DNA of 64,000 nucleotides from Pelagomonas calceolata. Its lineage: Eukaryota. The stretch is taken from NCBI GenBank assembly GCA_918797485.1, contig CAKKNE010000004.1:2046001-2110000 (forward strand). The letters are read 5' to 3'. Positions 50,046-59,700 of this stretch are shown piece by piece. The notes under the pieces were generated by a model. The model was given only the letters and a program-made list of their open reading frames with translations. It did no database searches and was not told the origin of the DNA. Numbering within the stretch: position 1 is the stretch's first letter; the number at the start of each line of letters is the position of its first letter. The position numbers were made by a program, and so were the translations under genes.

Positions 50046-50217
50046 AAAAAACGTTTGCCAAACGCCACAAACGCCGCTTCGCTTGCGGCCCACGCCGCGC
50101 TGATCGGGCTGACTGTCGACGTACAGCGCGCTGCGACCCCGCGGACCGCTGCCTGCGAACGACGCCGCCTCAGAAGACGTGGAAACCCCCAGACGCTGCG
50201 GAGGCAACAGACGAGAC

Positions 50218-50721
50218 ATGGCCGCCCGCCGCCCGCTCGGGACCCTCACCAACAACATCCAGCCCGCCGCCGCGCCGCCGAAACCAGCCCCGAAACCGGC
50301 CGTCTACCGCTGCGACCACTGTTTTAGTTTTACGGGCTCGTACGCGGCCGTCGCGGCGCACGAGGCGACCTGCCCCTGCGCCGCGCCGTCTATCAAACGA
50401 GAAGCGGCGGCGCCGCCGCCCGCCGCGCCGGCGCCGAAACGCCGCGTCCCGCTCTGGGTCCTCGTCTGCTTCCTCTGGGCGGGCTACGAGGCCGCGCGGC
50501 CTATTCCCCAGCCCGTCTGCCCCGCGCGGCCGCGGCCCTTCGACGAGATTCTCATCGAGCAGCTCGCCGACGTCGCGGCGTCTGAAAGTACTGCGCTCGT
50601 CGTGCACGAAGAGGTGGGTTACGGCGTCGCGGGGAAGCTGGGCAACGCCTTCCTCAAGGCGTTGTTCGCACCGGTTCGTGTGTTGCTCGCGCCCTTCCGC
50701 ATGATGTTTCGGCGCCGCTAG
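50218..50721 (+). CDS. Small protein with D-box-like degron, C2HC-type Zn finger and a transmembrane helix
   Basis: MAARRPLGTLTNN (RxxLxxxxN); YRCDHC...AAVAAHEATC; VPLWVLVCFLWAGY. Confidence 0.65.
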   Translation: MAARRPLGTLTNNIQPAAAPPKPAPKPAVYRCDHCFSFTGSYAAVAAHEATCPCAAPSIKREAAAPPPAAPAPKRRVPLWVLVCFLWAGYEAARPIPQPVCPARPRPFDEILIEQLADVAASESTALVVHEEVGYGVAGKLGNAFLKALFAPVRVLLAPFRMMFRRR

Positions 50722-50741
50722 AGAGAAATAAGATAAAGACC

Positions 50742-52559
50742 TTACAGCCGGTCCACGAGCCCGATGCCCAGCACCTCCTCCAACCCCAACCGTAAAGCAG
50801 CCGCCGTCGCGGCACACAAAGTCGCGCGCGACGCCCTTATGTCATCACTCTCCGCTTTCAGGACGGGACAGCTCTCGTAGAAGCGGTTGAAGATCTGCGC
50901 CAGCTCGAACAAGTAGTCGCAGAGCGCGTTCGGCCGTAGTTCTCTCTCCAGATCGACAATCGTGGCAGACAAGAGAGCGAGGTGCCTCGCGAGATCGCGC
51001 TCGGCATCCTCCTTTAGCACAACCTTTCCCACGCCGACCTCTTCTTGGGCCTTCCTTCTTATACCGTTGATCCGAGCATAACCGTATAACATGTAAGGCG
51101 CGGTGTTGCCCGATAAACTCAACATCTTCTCGTAGGAAAACTTGTAGTTCGACTCCCTATTGAGAGATAAATCAGCATACTTCACCGCACCAATTCCGAC
51201 AACCTTCGCTAGCTCTGTGAGATCCTCGGCATCCGAATCCCGCTCCTGCAACTCCGTCAGACACCTTGATTCGGCTTCGTCGAGTAGATCCTTCAGCCGT
51301 ACCGTTTCACCACTTCGCGTGGCGAACTTTTTGCCGTCCTCGCCCTGCACGAGTCCAAAGGGGACGTGTTCCAGAGACATATCTCCGAGTTCTTGCGATC
51401 GTTGTGCTGCTTGAAATACGGCCTTGAAGTGTCCTGACTGACCCGCATCTGTCACATATAGTACCCTATTAGCTTTTAGCTCCTTGGAGCGGTAGTCGAC
51501 GGCCGCCAAGTCAGTAGTCGCATATAAAAACCCACCGTCCGACTTCCTGATGATGAGGGGTACCTTTTCCTTCTTTTTATCTTTTTCGTCGAACACTACC
51601 AGAGCGCCATCGGAAACTTCCGCGACGCCTGAGCTTTCGAGCTCCTCGACGACGTTCGATAGTCGGTCGTTGTAGAACGACTCGCCCTTCTCCTCTAAAC
51701 CACATACACTCAAACGATCATAAATGGCATCGAATTCTACTCTAGAAACGTCACATAACTTCCGCCAGGCGTCGAGCGTCGCAGCGTCGCCTTTCTGCAG
51801 CGAGACGACCCTTTCTCGCGCTCGCTCCTTGAAGTCGCCGTCGCTGTCGAAGCGCTGCTTCGCCTCCTTGTAGAAAGCAACTAGGTCGGAGATCGAAGCG
51901 TCCGTGTTGTCCCCGAGATGCTCGAGCAGCATACCGAACTGCGTGCCCCAGTCGCCCACGTGGTTTTGTCTTATGACATCGTGGCCTCTCAATTCCAAAC
52001 AGTTCGCGAGGGCATCCCCAATAATGGTAGATCGTAAATGCCCAACATGCATCTCCTTGGCGATGTTCGGCGACGAGTAGTCGACGACGATCGTCTGCTT
52101 TTGTGATGCTTTCGGGAGTCCGCAGTTTTCTTCCGTGGCCATGGCTTCCACTGTCGTCGAGAGATAGTCGTCCGATAATCTCATATTCACAAAACCCGGG
52201 CCCGCGACCTCGAGGGGCGTCGCTAATGTGTTCTGAACAGTAGCATCGGCCTCCAACCGCTCCACTAATTCCGTCGCGACCTCTCTAGGGTTCTTCTTCA
52301 GGGGCTTGGCGATGGCCATGGCCGCGTTGCACTGGAAGTCGCCGAACGTCTTTTTTGTCGCGGGCCTTAGTGCTGCTTTTGAGGGGTCATTATATTCAGG
52401 CCCGAAGGCCGCGCCCAATGCCGAGGCGACGGCCTTTTCGAGCACCTCGCGCGGGTCGCCGGCGGCCGCGAAGGCTCGCGTGAAGCGCGGCCGCTTGGCG
52501 GCCGGGGCGACGAGGGCCCGCGCCACGCCGGCGAGCATGAGGACGACGATTGGTCGCAT
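50742..52559 (-). CDS. argS: Arginyl-tRNA synthetase, organellar (bacterial-type)
   Basis: GDFQCNAAM, AGPGFVN, VDYSSPNIAKEMHVGHLRSTIIGD, NHVGDWGTQFGML, KKFATRSG, GNTAPYMLY; presequence MRPIVVLMLAGVARALVAP. Confidence 0.95.
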   Translation of the reverse strand: MRPIVVLMLAGVARALVAPAAKRPRFTRAFAAAGDPREVLEKAVASALGAAFGPEYNDPSKAALRPATKKTFGDFQCNAAMAIAKPLKKNPREVATELVERLEADATVQNTLATPLEVAGPGFVNMRLSDDYLSTTVEAMATEENCGLPKASQKQTIVVDYSSPNIAKEMHVGHLRSTIIGDALANCLELRGHDVIRQNHVGDWGTQFGMLLEHLGDNTDASISDLVAFYKEAKQRFDSDGDFKERARERVVSLQKGDAATLDAWRKLCDVSRVEFDAIYDRLSVCGLEEKGESFYNDRLSNVVEELESSGVAEVSDGALVVFDEKDKKKEKVPLIIRKSDGGFLYATTDLAAVDYRSKELKANRVLYVTDAGQSGHFKAVFQAAQRSQELGDMSLEHVPFGLVQGEDGKKFATRSGETVRLKDLLDEAESRCLTELQERDSDAEDLTELAKVVGIGAVKYADLSLNRESNYKFSYEKMLSLSGNTAPYMLYGYARINGIRRKAQEEVGVGKVVLKEDAERDLARHLALLSATIVDLERELRPNALCDYLFELAQIFNRFYESCPVLKAESDDIRASRATLCAATAAALRLGLEEVLGIGLVDRL

Positions 52560-52799
52560 GGATCGACGCCGCGCGCGTCCCGCACTCGCCCGGTCCCTCC
52601 TTTTGTGAGCGTCGCGCGGGTGCGCAGGACTGCTGCAGCACTTGCCCTTGGCTCTCCCGGCGACGTGTCCTGCAGAGGTCGCTGCGTGCGTACGTGAGCT
52701 GTCGTAGCGCTGTATCAGTGCGTAACCTGCCGCAAGCACACGCTTTTAGCTACGCTGTGCAGCTCTGCGGCTCAGTTGCATCAAGAGTCGACAGCCGGG

Positions 52800-52822
52800 C
52801 CTAGCGGCAGTAAGACACTAGC
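52800..52822. promoter_or_regulatory. Recurrent upstream element (reverse orientation)
   Basis: cctagcggcagtaagacactagc between divergent starts 52559(-) and 53070(+). Confidence 0.6.
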
Positions 52823-53069
52823 AAACACGGCTCTCAAGCTCTGCAGCTAATTTGGGCTGTTCCCCGTGCGCTGCAGCATTCTGTGGGTGTCAGCGCACGC
52901 CTCGCAACGTCTGCCCCATACGCCCTCGCCGCGGCAGCCCTAAGGGAGCCAGATCCACATACTCACGAGGCTGCTCGAGTGCTTAGCTGCCACGCGCGCG
53001 TGATCGTTCGCGTCTCCTCCTTGCGAGGCTGCCTCGTAGTTCACTAGCTGCCATAAACGCGTGATCGTC

Positions 53070-53980
53070 ATGGCTGCGCTGACGAACCCCGCCGGTGCCG
53101 TCACCGTCAACGTCGGAGGCACGGTCTACATGACTACCCTGGCCACGCTCACGAGAGTCGAGGGCAGCATGCTCGGCGCGCTGGCCGAAGCCTTGAGCGA
53201 CGGCGAGGTGCTGTTCATCGACCGCGACGGTCCGTCCTTCCGGTACGTCCTGAACTATCTACGAGACCCGTTCGCGAAGCCGCTGGTCCCCCGCGACCCG
53301 ACCGACGGACCAGCTCGCGCGAGAGGTGGATTTCTATGGTCTCCCAGGACTACTCAGCCGCCCTTCTACGACTGAGGCAGCGGGAGGTGACTGGAGAGTC
53401 ACTCCATTCAAGGTTCAAGAGGTAACTCCAAAAGAGATAAGAGCCATTTTCTCTGGAAAGAAATAATCTCTAAATGACAAAAACAAAAACAACTAAACGC
53501 ACAAAACAACCACACCACTAAATGACCAACTACTAATTGAATAACTGTCGGTACTGCGGTACCATCAGGATGATCCACCTTATTGAAATGTTAATCTAAA
53601 AATGTTATCCTCCTTGCCGCGATTTCATGATTATCGCAATCTGATCACGATCACGACAATGGGGGAGTGCAATGGAAATACACGTCTAGTAGGATCCCAA
53701 GGTTCAACTGAGACGTATCCAAGCACAACCCGTACTTGTATTACCCGCCTAGGCTACTTCCCATCCTAGGGTACTCCGATATCCCCTTAGTAGGGGGAAG
53801 TCGCCTCTCACTCCTAACTATTATCATCCTGAGTCACTTTTATTGACGGACGCAATTCCCCGTCACAAACCCCATCAAACATGGGAGAAACTATTTCGTT
53901 AGACGACTACACTACGCTGCCGGGGAAGTCCGGAGCCACACACTCTATTTCCTTATGCATCGCAGTATTCTCATGATACT
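53070..53980 (+). pseudogene. KCTD/BTB-POZ (T1-type) pseudogene with frameshift and hypermutated 3' part
   Basis: VTVNVGGTVYMTTLATLT...LFIDRDGPSFRYVLNYLRD; frameshift near 53307 continues DQLAREVDFYGL; downstream in-frame TAA/TGA stops in G-depleted sequence. 3' end approximate. Confidence 0.75.
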
Positions 53981-54016
53981 TGTAGTAAGTTTGGTTCAAC
54001 GATATAAGTTAACGCC

Positions 54017-54997
54017 CTAGAGCACGGAATCCAGCGCCGCGGCCCACTCCGCATCCGAAGAGTGCTTCTCGGCCGCCGCCGTCGTGACGCCAAATTCTTT
54101 CCCCTCGGCGTCGTCGCGCGCGAGTGACCTGACCAGCGCCTGGCAGACCTGGACGCGCCCCGAATCGCCCGGCGACGCGTCCGACGCGCAGGCCGTGAAG
54201 ACGGCCCTTAAACCCGGTCCTTCGGCCGAGTCGCCTGGCGTCAACGCGACGCCCCGCGTGTCGCAGTCGAAGAGCAACTGCCAATTGACGATGTCCTTCG
54301 CAAGGTCATCATAGAGCTTCTCGGACAACGTCGGAACGTCATCCGGAATGGGGTCGTCCGGCGACGCCGGCCCGCCGCCCTTCAGCGTGCCACATCTTAC
54401 GATGGTCAAACCGGACCCTTCTCTACTGGCAAGTTTGGACTTGAGTTTGTTTTCGAAGTCCCGGTACATCTGGACCTGCTTGTCCGAGGCGGCCCAGACC
54501 TCTTTGTTCGCGGCCGTTTTCGAGGCCGCGACGAAGGGACCATAGCCCTTGCCATTTAAATGTTTTGACAGACACGCTACCCTCTTAGCACCACCAGTAG
54601 CGGGCAATACGACATCTAACAGAGTATCCGTCAGCGTCTGCTCGGCATCGAAGGCGATGATCAGACCGTCGGCGTTCGCGACGGCGTCGTTAAAGGCTTC
54701 AACATCTTCGTCGCGCGTGACGCCGAGCACTGTCAAATTCGGGTCTCTAGGTTCTTCCCTAGCTTCGGACCATAACAGTTGCGTAAAGAGCTCTTCCCTG
54801 GCAGAGACGATCGTCGTCTTGTAGCCCATCTTCGCCGCCGTTTTTGCTGCTAGTAAAAAGACGGGGCCGTTGCCGACGGCCAAGACCCGGCCGCCCGGCG
54901 GCACGGCGGCCATTGTGACGGCTGTTCGCCGTCGCTGCGGCGCCTGCAGCGCCGCCGCGGCGGCTATCAGGAGCGCATATCGCGTATGCCTCGCCAT
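54017..54997 (-). CDS. Atypical NAD(P)-binding Rossmann-fold protein (NAD_binding_10/TIC62-like), probably plastid-targeted
   Basis: RVLAVGNGP..LLAAKTAAKMGY, TIVRCGTLKGGGP, GDSGRVQVCQALVRSL; presequence ALLIAAAAALQAP. Confidence 0.75.
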   Translation of the reverse strand: MARHTRYALLIAAAAALQAPQRRRTAVTMAAVPPGGRVLAVGNGPVFLLAAKTAAKMGYKTTIVSAREELFTQLLWSEAREEPRDPNLTVLGVTRDEDVEAFNDAVANADGLIIAFDAEQTLTDTLLDVVLPATGGAKRVACLSKHLNGKGYGPFVAASKTAANKEVWAASDKQVQMYRDFENKLKSKLASREGSGLTIVRCGTLKGGGPASPDDPIPDDVPTLSEKLYDDLAKDIVNWQLLFDCDTRGVALTPGDSAEGPGLRAVFTACASDASPGDSGRVQVCQALVRSLARDDAEGKEFGVTTAAAEKHSSDAEWAAALDSVL

Positions 54998-55443
54998 CTG
55001 TCAATTGTATGAAGCGCAAACTTTTGCGGCGTAGTTATGCGGCAACCAGTAGTGCGATTCACTGGCTCTGAGGCAGCTATATTGATTAATATGCTGCGTC
55101 CCAGCCGCGCGATCTAGCTGCAGCTGCTACATGCCGGGTTTTGTTGCGCAGCCAGCTACCTCTTTAGCCGTCGAACGAAGCTTCAGCAGACGGACCAACG
55201 ACGCATCCGACGTTGGGTTCCAACCGGCGAGGTCGATAGCAGGCAACGTGTGCTGCCTCTCGACAAAAATCGAGGCTGCACAGCATCCAGCGATTGCAAG
55301 ACGTGCGCGACGCATTGCATTTGCAACGGTTGCAGCACCACACCAACTGCACGCAATCGCCGCAGCATTTGCAACACACAATAAGCACAGCGAGCACAGC
55401 CTTGCCAGACAGCAGCACAAGCCATCACCGCGAAACATCCAAA

Positions 55444-56367
55444 ATGGCCGCCCAGACCCCCCAAACGACCGGCGACTTCACGAACAAGCAGTTCAGCGAG
55501 CAGGAAGTCGCCAATAAGGTGATAGAGCAGTACTCCGAGGCGCACGCGCGGACCTTCTACAAGTACGTCATGGGCGGCGGCGGCTACGACATCCACTACG
55601 GCATGTTTAGGACCGCTACCGATGGTGTTTTTGAATCCTCAAAAAACACGAACGCCGCTCTGCTGCGGTTACTAGATCAGACGCGGCCGGTGACCAAAGA
55701 CTCCGTAGTGTTGGACCTGGGCAGTGGCCACGGCGGCCTGTCGCACGAGATCGCCCAGACCTTCGGCTGCAAAGTCATCTCCTTCAACATCTCGCCGGAA
55801 CAAAACCAGATGAATTTAGACGAGGCTAAAAGATTAGGTGTGGGCGAACTCATCTCGGTGAGGTGTGGCGATTTTAATGATCGTGCGAACTTTCCCCCGT
55901 CCGACTTGGGCGAGGTGACCCACGTTATTAGTTGTGAGGTCTTCTGCCACGCCGCCTCGAAGCCTAATTTGCTCGCGGACGTGCGCAAGATCGTGCAGCC
56001 CGGCGCCGCGTTAGTTTTTACGGACATCATGGGCGCGGATGGGGCCGACGAGAAGGCTCTGAAGGACTTCACGGACCGCAACGCCACGACGGCCATGGCC
56101 CGTCCCTCCCAATACCTCGATTGGTTGAAGGCCGCCGGGTTCTGCCATGTGGGCTTCTTTGATGGATCCGGCCACTTACTGCCCTACTTCTCGGCGATGT
56201 TGGATGTGTGCCACAAGCAGGGCGCGGCCATGGTGAAGGACGGCGTGCCCCAGCCCTACCTCGACAAGTGGGTCGCGTCGCTGACCGACCGCGTCGCGAT
56301 CCAAAAGGACAAGGCCGTGTTTGCGTGGGGGTTGTTTAGTGCCCGCGCGCCGGGGCCGCTCTACTGA
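55444..56367 (+). CDS. Class I SAM-dependent methyltransferase of the sarcosine/dimethylglycine MT-related group; likely DSYE-type MTHB S-methyltransferase (DMSP synthesis)
   Basis: FYKYVMGGGGYDIHYG, VLDLGSGHGG, FNISPEQN, SCEVFCH, PGAALVFTDIM, FAWG. DSYE assignment is from recalled similarity plus lineage, not verified. Confidence 0.75.
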   Translation: MAAQTPQTTGDFTNKQFSEQEVANKVIEQYSEAHARTFYKYVMGGGGYDIHYGMFRTATDGVFESSKNTNAALLRLLDQTRPVTKDSVVLDLGSGHGGLSHEIAQTFGCKVISFNISPEQNQMNLDEAKRLGVGELISVRCGDFNDRANFPPSDLGEVTHVISCEVFCHAASKPNLLADVRKIVQPGAALVFTDIMGADGADEKALKDFTDRNATTAMARPSQYLDWLKAAGFCHVGFFDGSGHLLPYFSAMLDVCHKQGAAMVKDGVPQPYLDKWVASLTDRVAIQKDKAVFAWGLFSARAPGPLY

Positions 56368-56503
56368 GTTGTCGTTGCGCGTAACACGGGTACATAAGCT
56401 CGGCTGAGGCTGAGGCTAGTTACGTCGCAGGGCTCCCCGTACCCCTCCCGCTCTTCCCGGGCCCACCCGTCCGGCTGGACTAGGACGCAAGGGCTGATTC
56501 GGG

Positions 56504-56528
56504 GCTAGTGTCTTACATGTCGCCTAGC
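56504..56528. promoter_or_regulatory. Recurrent upstream element
   Basis: gctagtgtcttacatgtcgcctagc about 215-240 bp upstream of ATG 56743. Confidence 0.6.
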
Positions 56529-56742
56529 TCGAGACGAGGGTCGCAAAAAGAGGCGCCATCTGCGCGTTTGAGAGAGCCCAGTGACCCAGGAAGGCCAGCA
56601 GCGCTGTGCGACAGCGCGCATCTCGCGCTGCCAACTGGTGTCCACGTTGCGCAGCGCTGGAGCCAGGATTTGCATGCGACCGGCTCATAGCCAGTCTTAG
56701 GCCAGGTGGACAGCGGCGAGCACCAGCGCCGGCGCCTGCGCG

Positions 56743-59700
56743 ATGGCGACCCGCGAGCTCGAAGCCATCCTCGTGCGCCTCGGCTTGACCCGCTACCTGG
56801 AGAATTGCCGGCGCGAATGCATCGACGACGACTGCCTCGACACGCTCGAGAGAGATGATATTAGGGAGCTTGGCCTGCCGATCGGTCCTGCGCGCAGATT
56901 TGAGGCCGCGCTCGCCGACCGCCGGAGAAGCCGCGGCTCGGCGGAAGTGTCTCCCGTGACGCCCTCGCCGGCGGCGCCGCGACGACCCGAGCCCGCCCAG
57001 CCGCCCGCCGCCGCCGCGCCGCCACTCCCGGCGCCACCGCGCGACGCCTCCGGGGAGACGCTCTGGCCGACGGGGCCGCCGGGCGAAGGCACCCTGTGCG
57101 AGATCTGCATGGATTCGGCCGTCGCGGTGCGCCTCGAGTGCTCTGGCGCGCACGAGTTCTGCGTCGACTGCTTGGATAGGTGGGCGCAGCAGACCGCTCT
57201 TAAGGCACAAGCGCACACCTCGTGCCCTACGTGTCGAGCGCCAGTCGTCAAGGCCGTCGACATCGCGACTGGAGCGCCGAGACCCCTCACCAAACTGGTG
57301 ACCGCGTGGGGCGGCGCCGGGACGCCGGCGGCGCGGGCTCGGCAACGTATCGAAGCGCTCGCGTTCGCCGAGCGGCGGGAGGCGGCTGAGCGCGAGCGGG
57401 CCGCCGCGGCGGCGCTGGCCGAGCGCGAACGCGTCGCGGCCGCCGCACGCGCTGCTGCCGAGGCGGCCGAGCGCGAGCGCCGGCGACGGCAAGCGCCGAC
57501 CGCGATCCTGCGGCGCGAACCGACGCCGCCGCCGCAAAACGCCGAGGTCGACGCGGCCGCCTTCGCGCGCGCGCTCGCCCCCTGGGTCGCCTCGAGGGGC
57601 GGCCGCGTCGCGGCGACGGAACTCTCGCAGTTCTACCGAAGCGAGGCGGCTGGCGGCCTCGTGATCCCCAAGAAGGGCGCACTCAAACTCCTCCAGCCCG
57701 TGGCCGCGGCAGCGGGTTTGCGCGTCTCTCAGACCACCGACTCCGCGTACGTCATCGAGACCGCCCCGGCGCCAAGCCCTGAACCAAGCGTGTCCGGCGG
57801 AACTGCGGTCGCCTTCGCGCGCGCGCTCCGCGGCTGGATCGCTTCTCGCAAAGGTGGCCGGATCGAGGCGAACGAGCTCGCGGAGTTCTATAAGAGTCCG
57901 GCGGCGCGCGGAAGGGGCGCGCTCGCCATTTCTAACCTCGGCGGTCCCCTCAAGCTCCTCCGGCCCGTGGCCGCGGCGGAGGGCCTGCGCATCGTGCAGC
58001 GAACTAATGGACAGCATGCTATCGAGGTCGTCGCGCCGACGGTCGGCGCCGCGGCGCCGCCGGCGTCCCTTCGCGCCGTGGAGGGCGAGATCCTGGCCGT
58101 CGTCGACGACCGCGGCGGCCAGATTGCGTTCGGAGAACTCGCGGAAGCCTACCGAAAGGTCCACGGCAAGGCCATCGACTACCGCGCGCTGGGCTTCGAG
58201 CGGCTGAGGCTGCTCGTCGAGCACCTCCCGGGCATTGACTTCGACCCGCGCGTCACGTCAAAGCCCGTGCACGCTGTCCTACGCCGCGCCGTGGCCGGCG
58301 ACCAGCCGACGACGCGCGACGCCCGCGGCACGGCGCCGCAAAACGTGGGGCCGCCGGCGGCTCTGCGTGCCGTCGAACGCGAGATCCTGACGATTATCGA
58401 CGGTCACGGGCTCAACAACGGGACCGAGATCATGGCCGATAAACTCTGCGGCCGCTACCGAGAGGCCCACGGCAAGGACATCGACTACCGCGCGCTGGGC
58501 TTCAAGAAGTTCAAGCTGCTCGTCGAGCAGCTGCCCTCCCTCATCTGGGTCGCCAAACCCGGCGCCCCTCCCTATGTGAGGCGCTTGCACGCGGCGCCGT
58601 CCGCGGCGACGCCGGCACCCGCTCCTGCAACGACGCCGGCCGCTCCCGCAGCGCCGACGACCCGCGATGGAGTCGTCGACGCGCTTGCGACGTGGATTGG
58701 CGGGTTGCCGCACCCGCGCGCACGGTCGACGGACGTGGACCGCTGGCTGGCGTGGCACCGCGCACGAAGTGACGTCGTGCCCGAGGGCCTCGACTGGCTG
58801 ACTGTCGGCCAGCTCGCGCCGCACGGCCTCCGCAAGCGCCGCGCGACTGAGGGCGTTTTCTGGATCGAAGTCGCGGCGGCGGCGAGCGCGCCCGCGCCGG
58901 TGCCGTCCACGGCGACGTCGGCGCCCGCTCCCGCGGTGCCGGCGGCGCCGGCTTCCGACGGACCCGTAGCGCCGGAGCCGACGGACCCGCTCGCGCTCTT
59001 TATGACGCGGGCCCGCGCGTACGTCGATCGCGCCGGGGCGCTGCTCGGAAACGACGCGCCAGGCGCGACCAAGCTCCCGACGCCGCGCAAGCAGCTTATC
59101 GAGCTATGTGCTCAGCAGTACGGCCTGCGCTTCCAAGACCGAGCCGACGGCGAGCATTGGGTCCTGGTCGATGGCGATCAATGGCTCGCGAGCCAACGGC
59201 AAGCAGTGGAAGCCGCGTTCGACGGCGCCGCGGCACCACCGCCGCCGTCGAGCTCGCGCCGCGGCGAACCCGCCGCACTACGCCGTCTCGAGTCGCGGGC
59301 AATGACCCACGTCCGCGAGCTCCTCTCAGAACGAGGGAGCATCTACATCTCGGACCTCTCCAGACTTTATCGGGAAAAGTACGGCAGCGGGTTCGACTAC
59401 AAGCGGCTCGGCTTCGCGAATATTGGTGCGTTCGTGAGGGAGATGCCGGGCCTGGAGTGGGAGGACGCGGGCGGCGGCGTCGTTAGATTGGCGCAGGCGC
59501 CGCCGCCGGGAAGCTTTCCCGATCAGCCCGCGCCAAGCCGGGAGACTATCCCGCTCGTGTCCGAGATCCGCGACACCGAGGGGATGCGCGCGCTCGCGGC
59601 GTTCGTCGCCAAGTGCCCGCAGGGAAGACTCGCGCTCAGTAAGGACGACGAGGACCCAGACGAAGCGCGATTTGGCCTCAGTAAGGAGACGATTAGGGCG

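Noticed and set aside
53400..54010. Organellar or viral insertion explaining the AT-rich tract
   Set aside because: It continues the KCTD frame and is G-poor rather than symmetrically AT-rich; hypermutation fits better, though an insertion is not excluded without BLAST.
56524..58224. 566-aa minus-strand ORF
   Set aside because: Antisense to the SAM-RING-LOTUS gene, which has clear domains.
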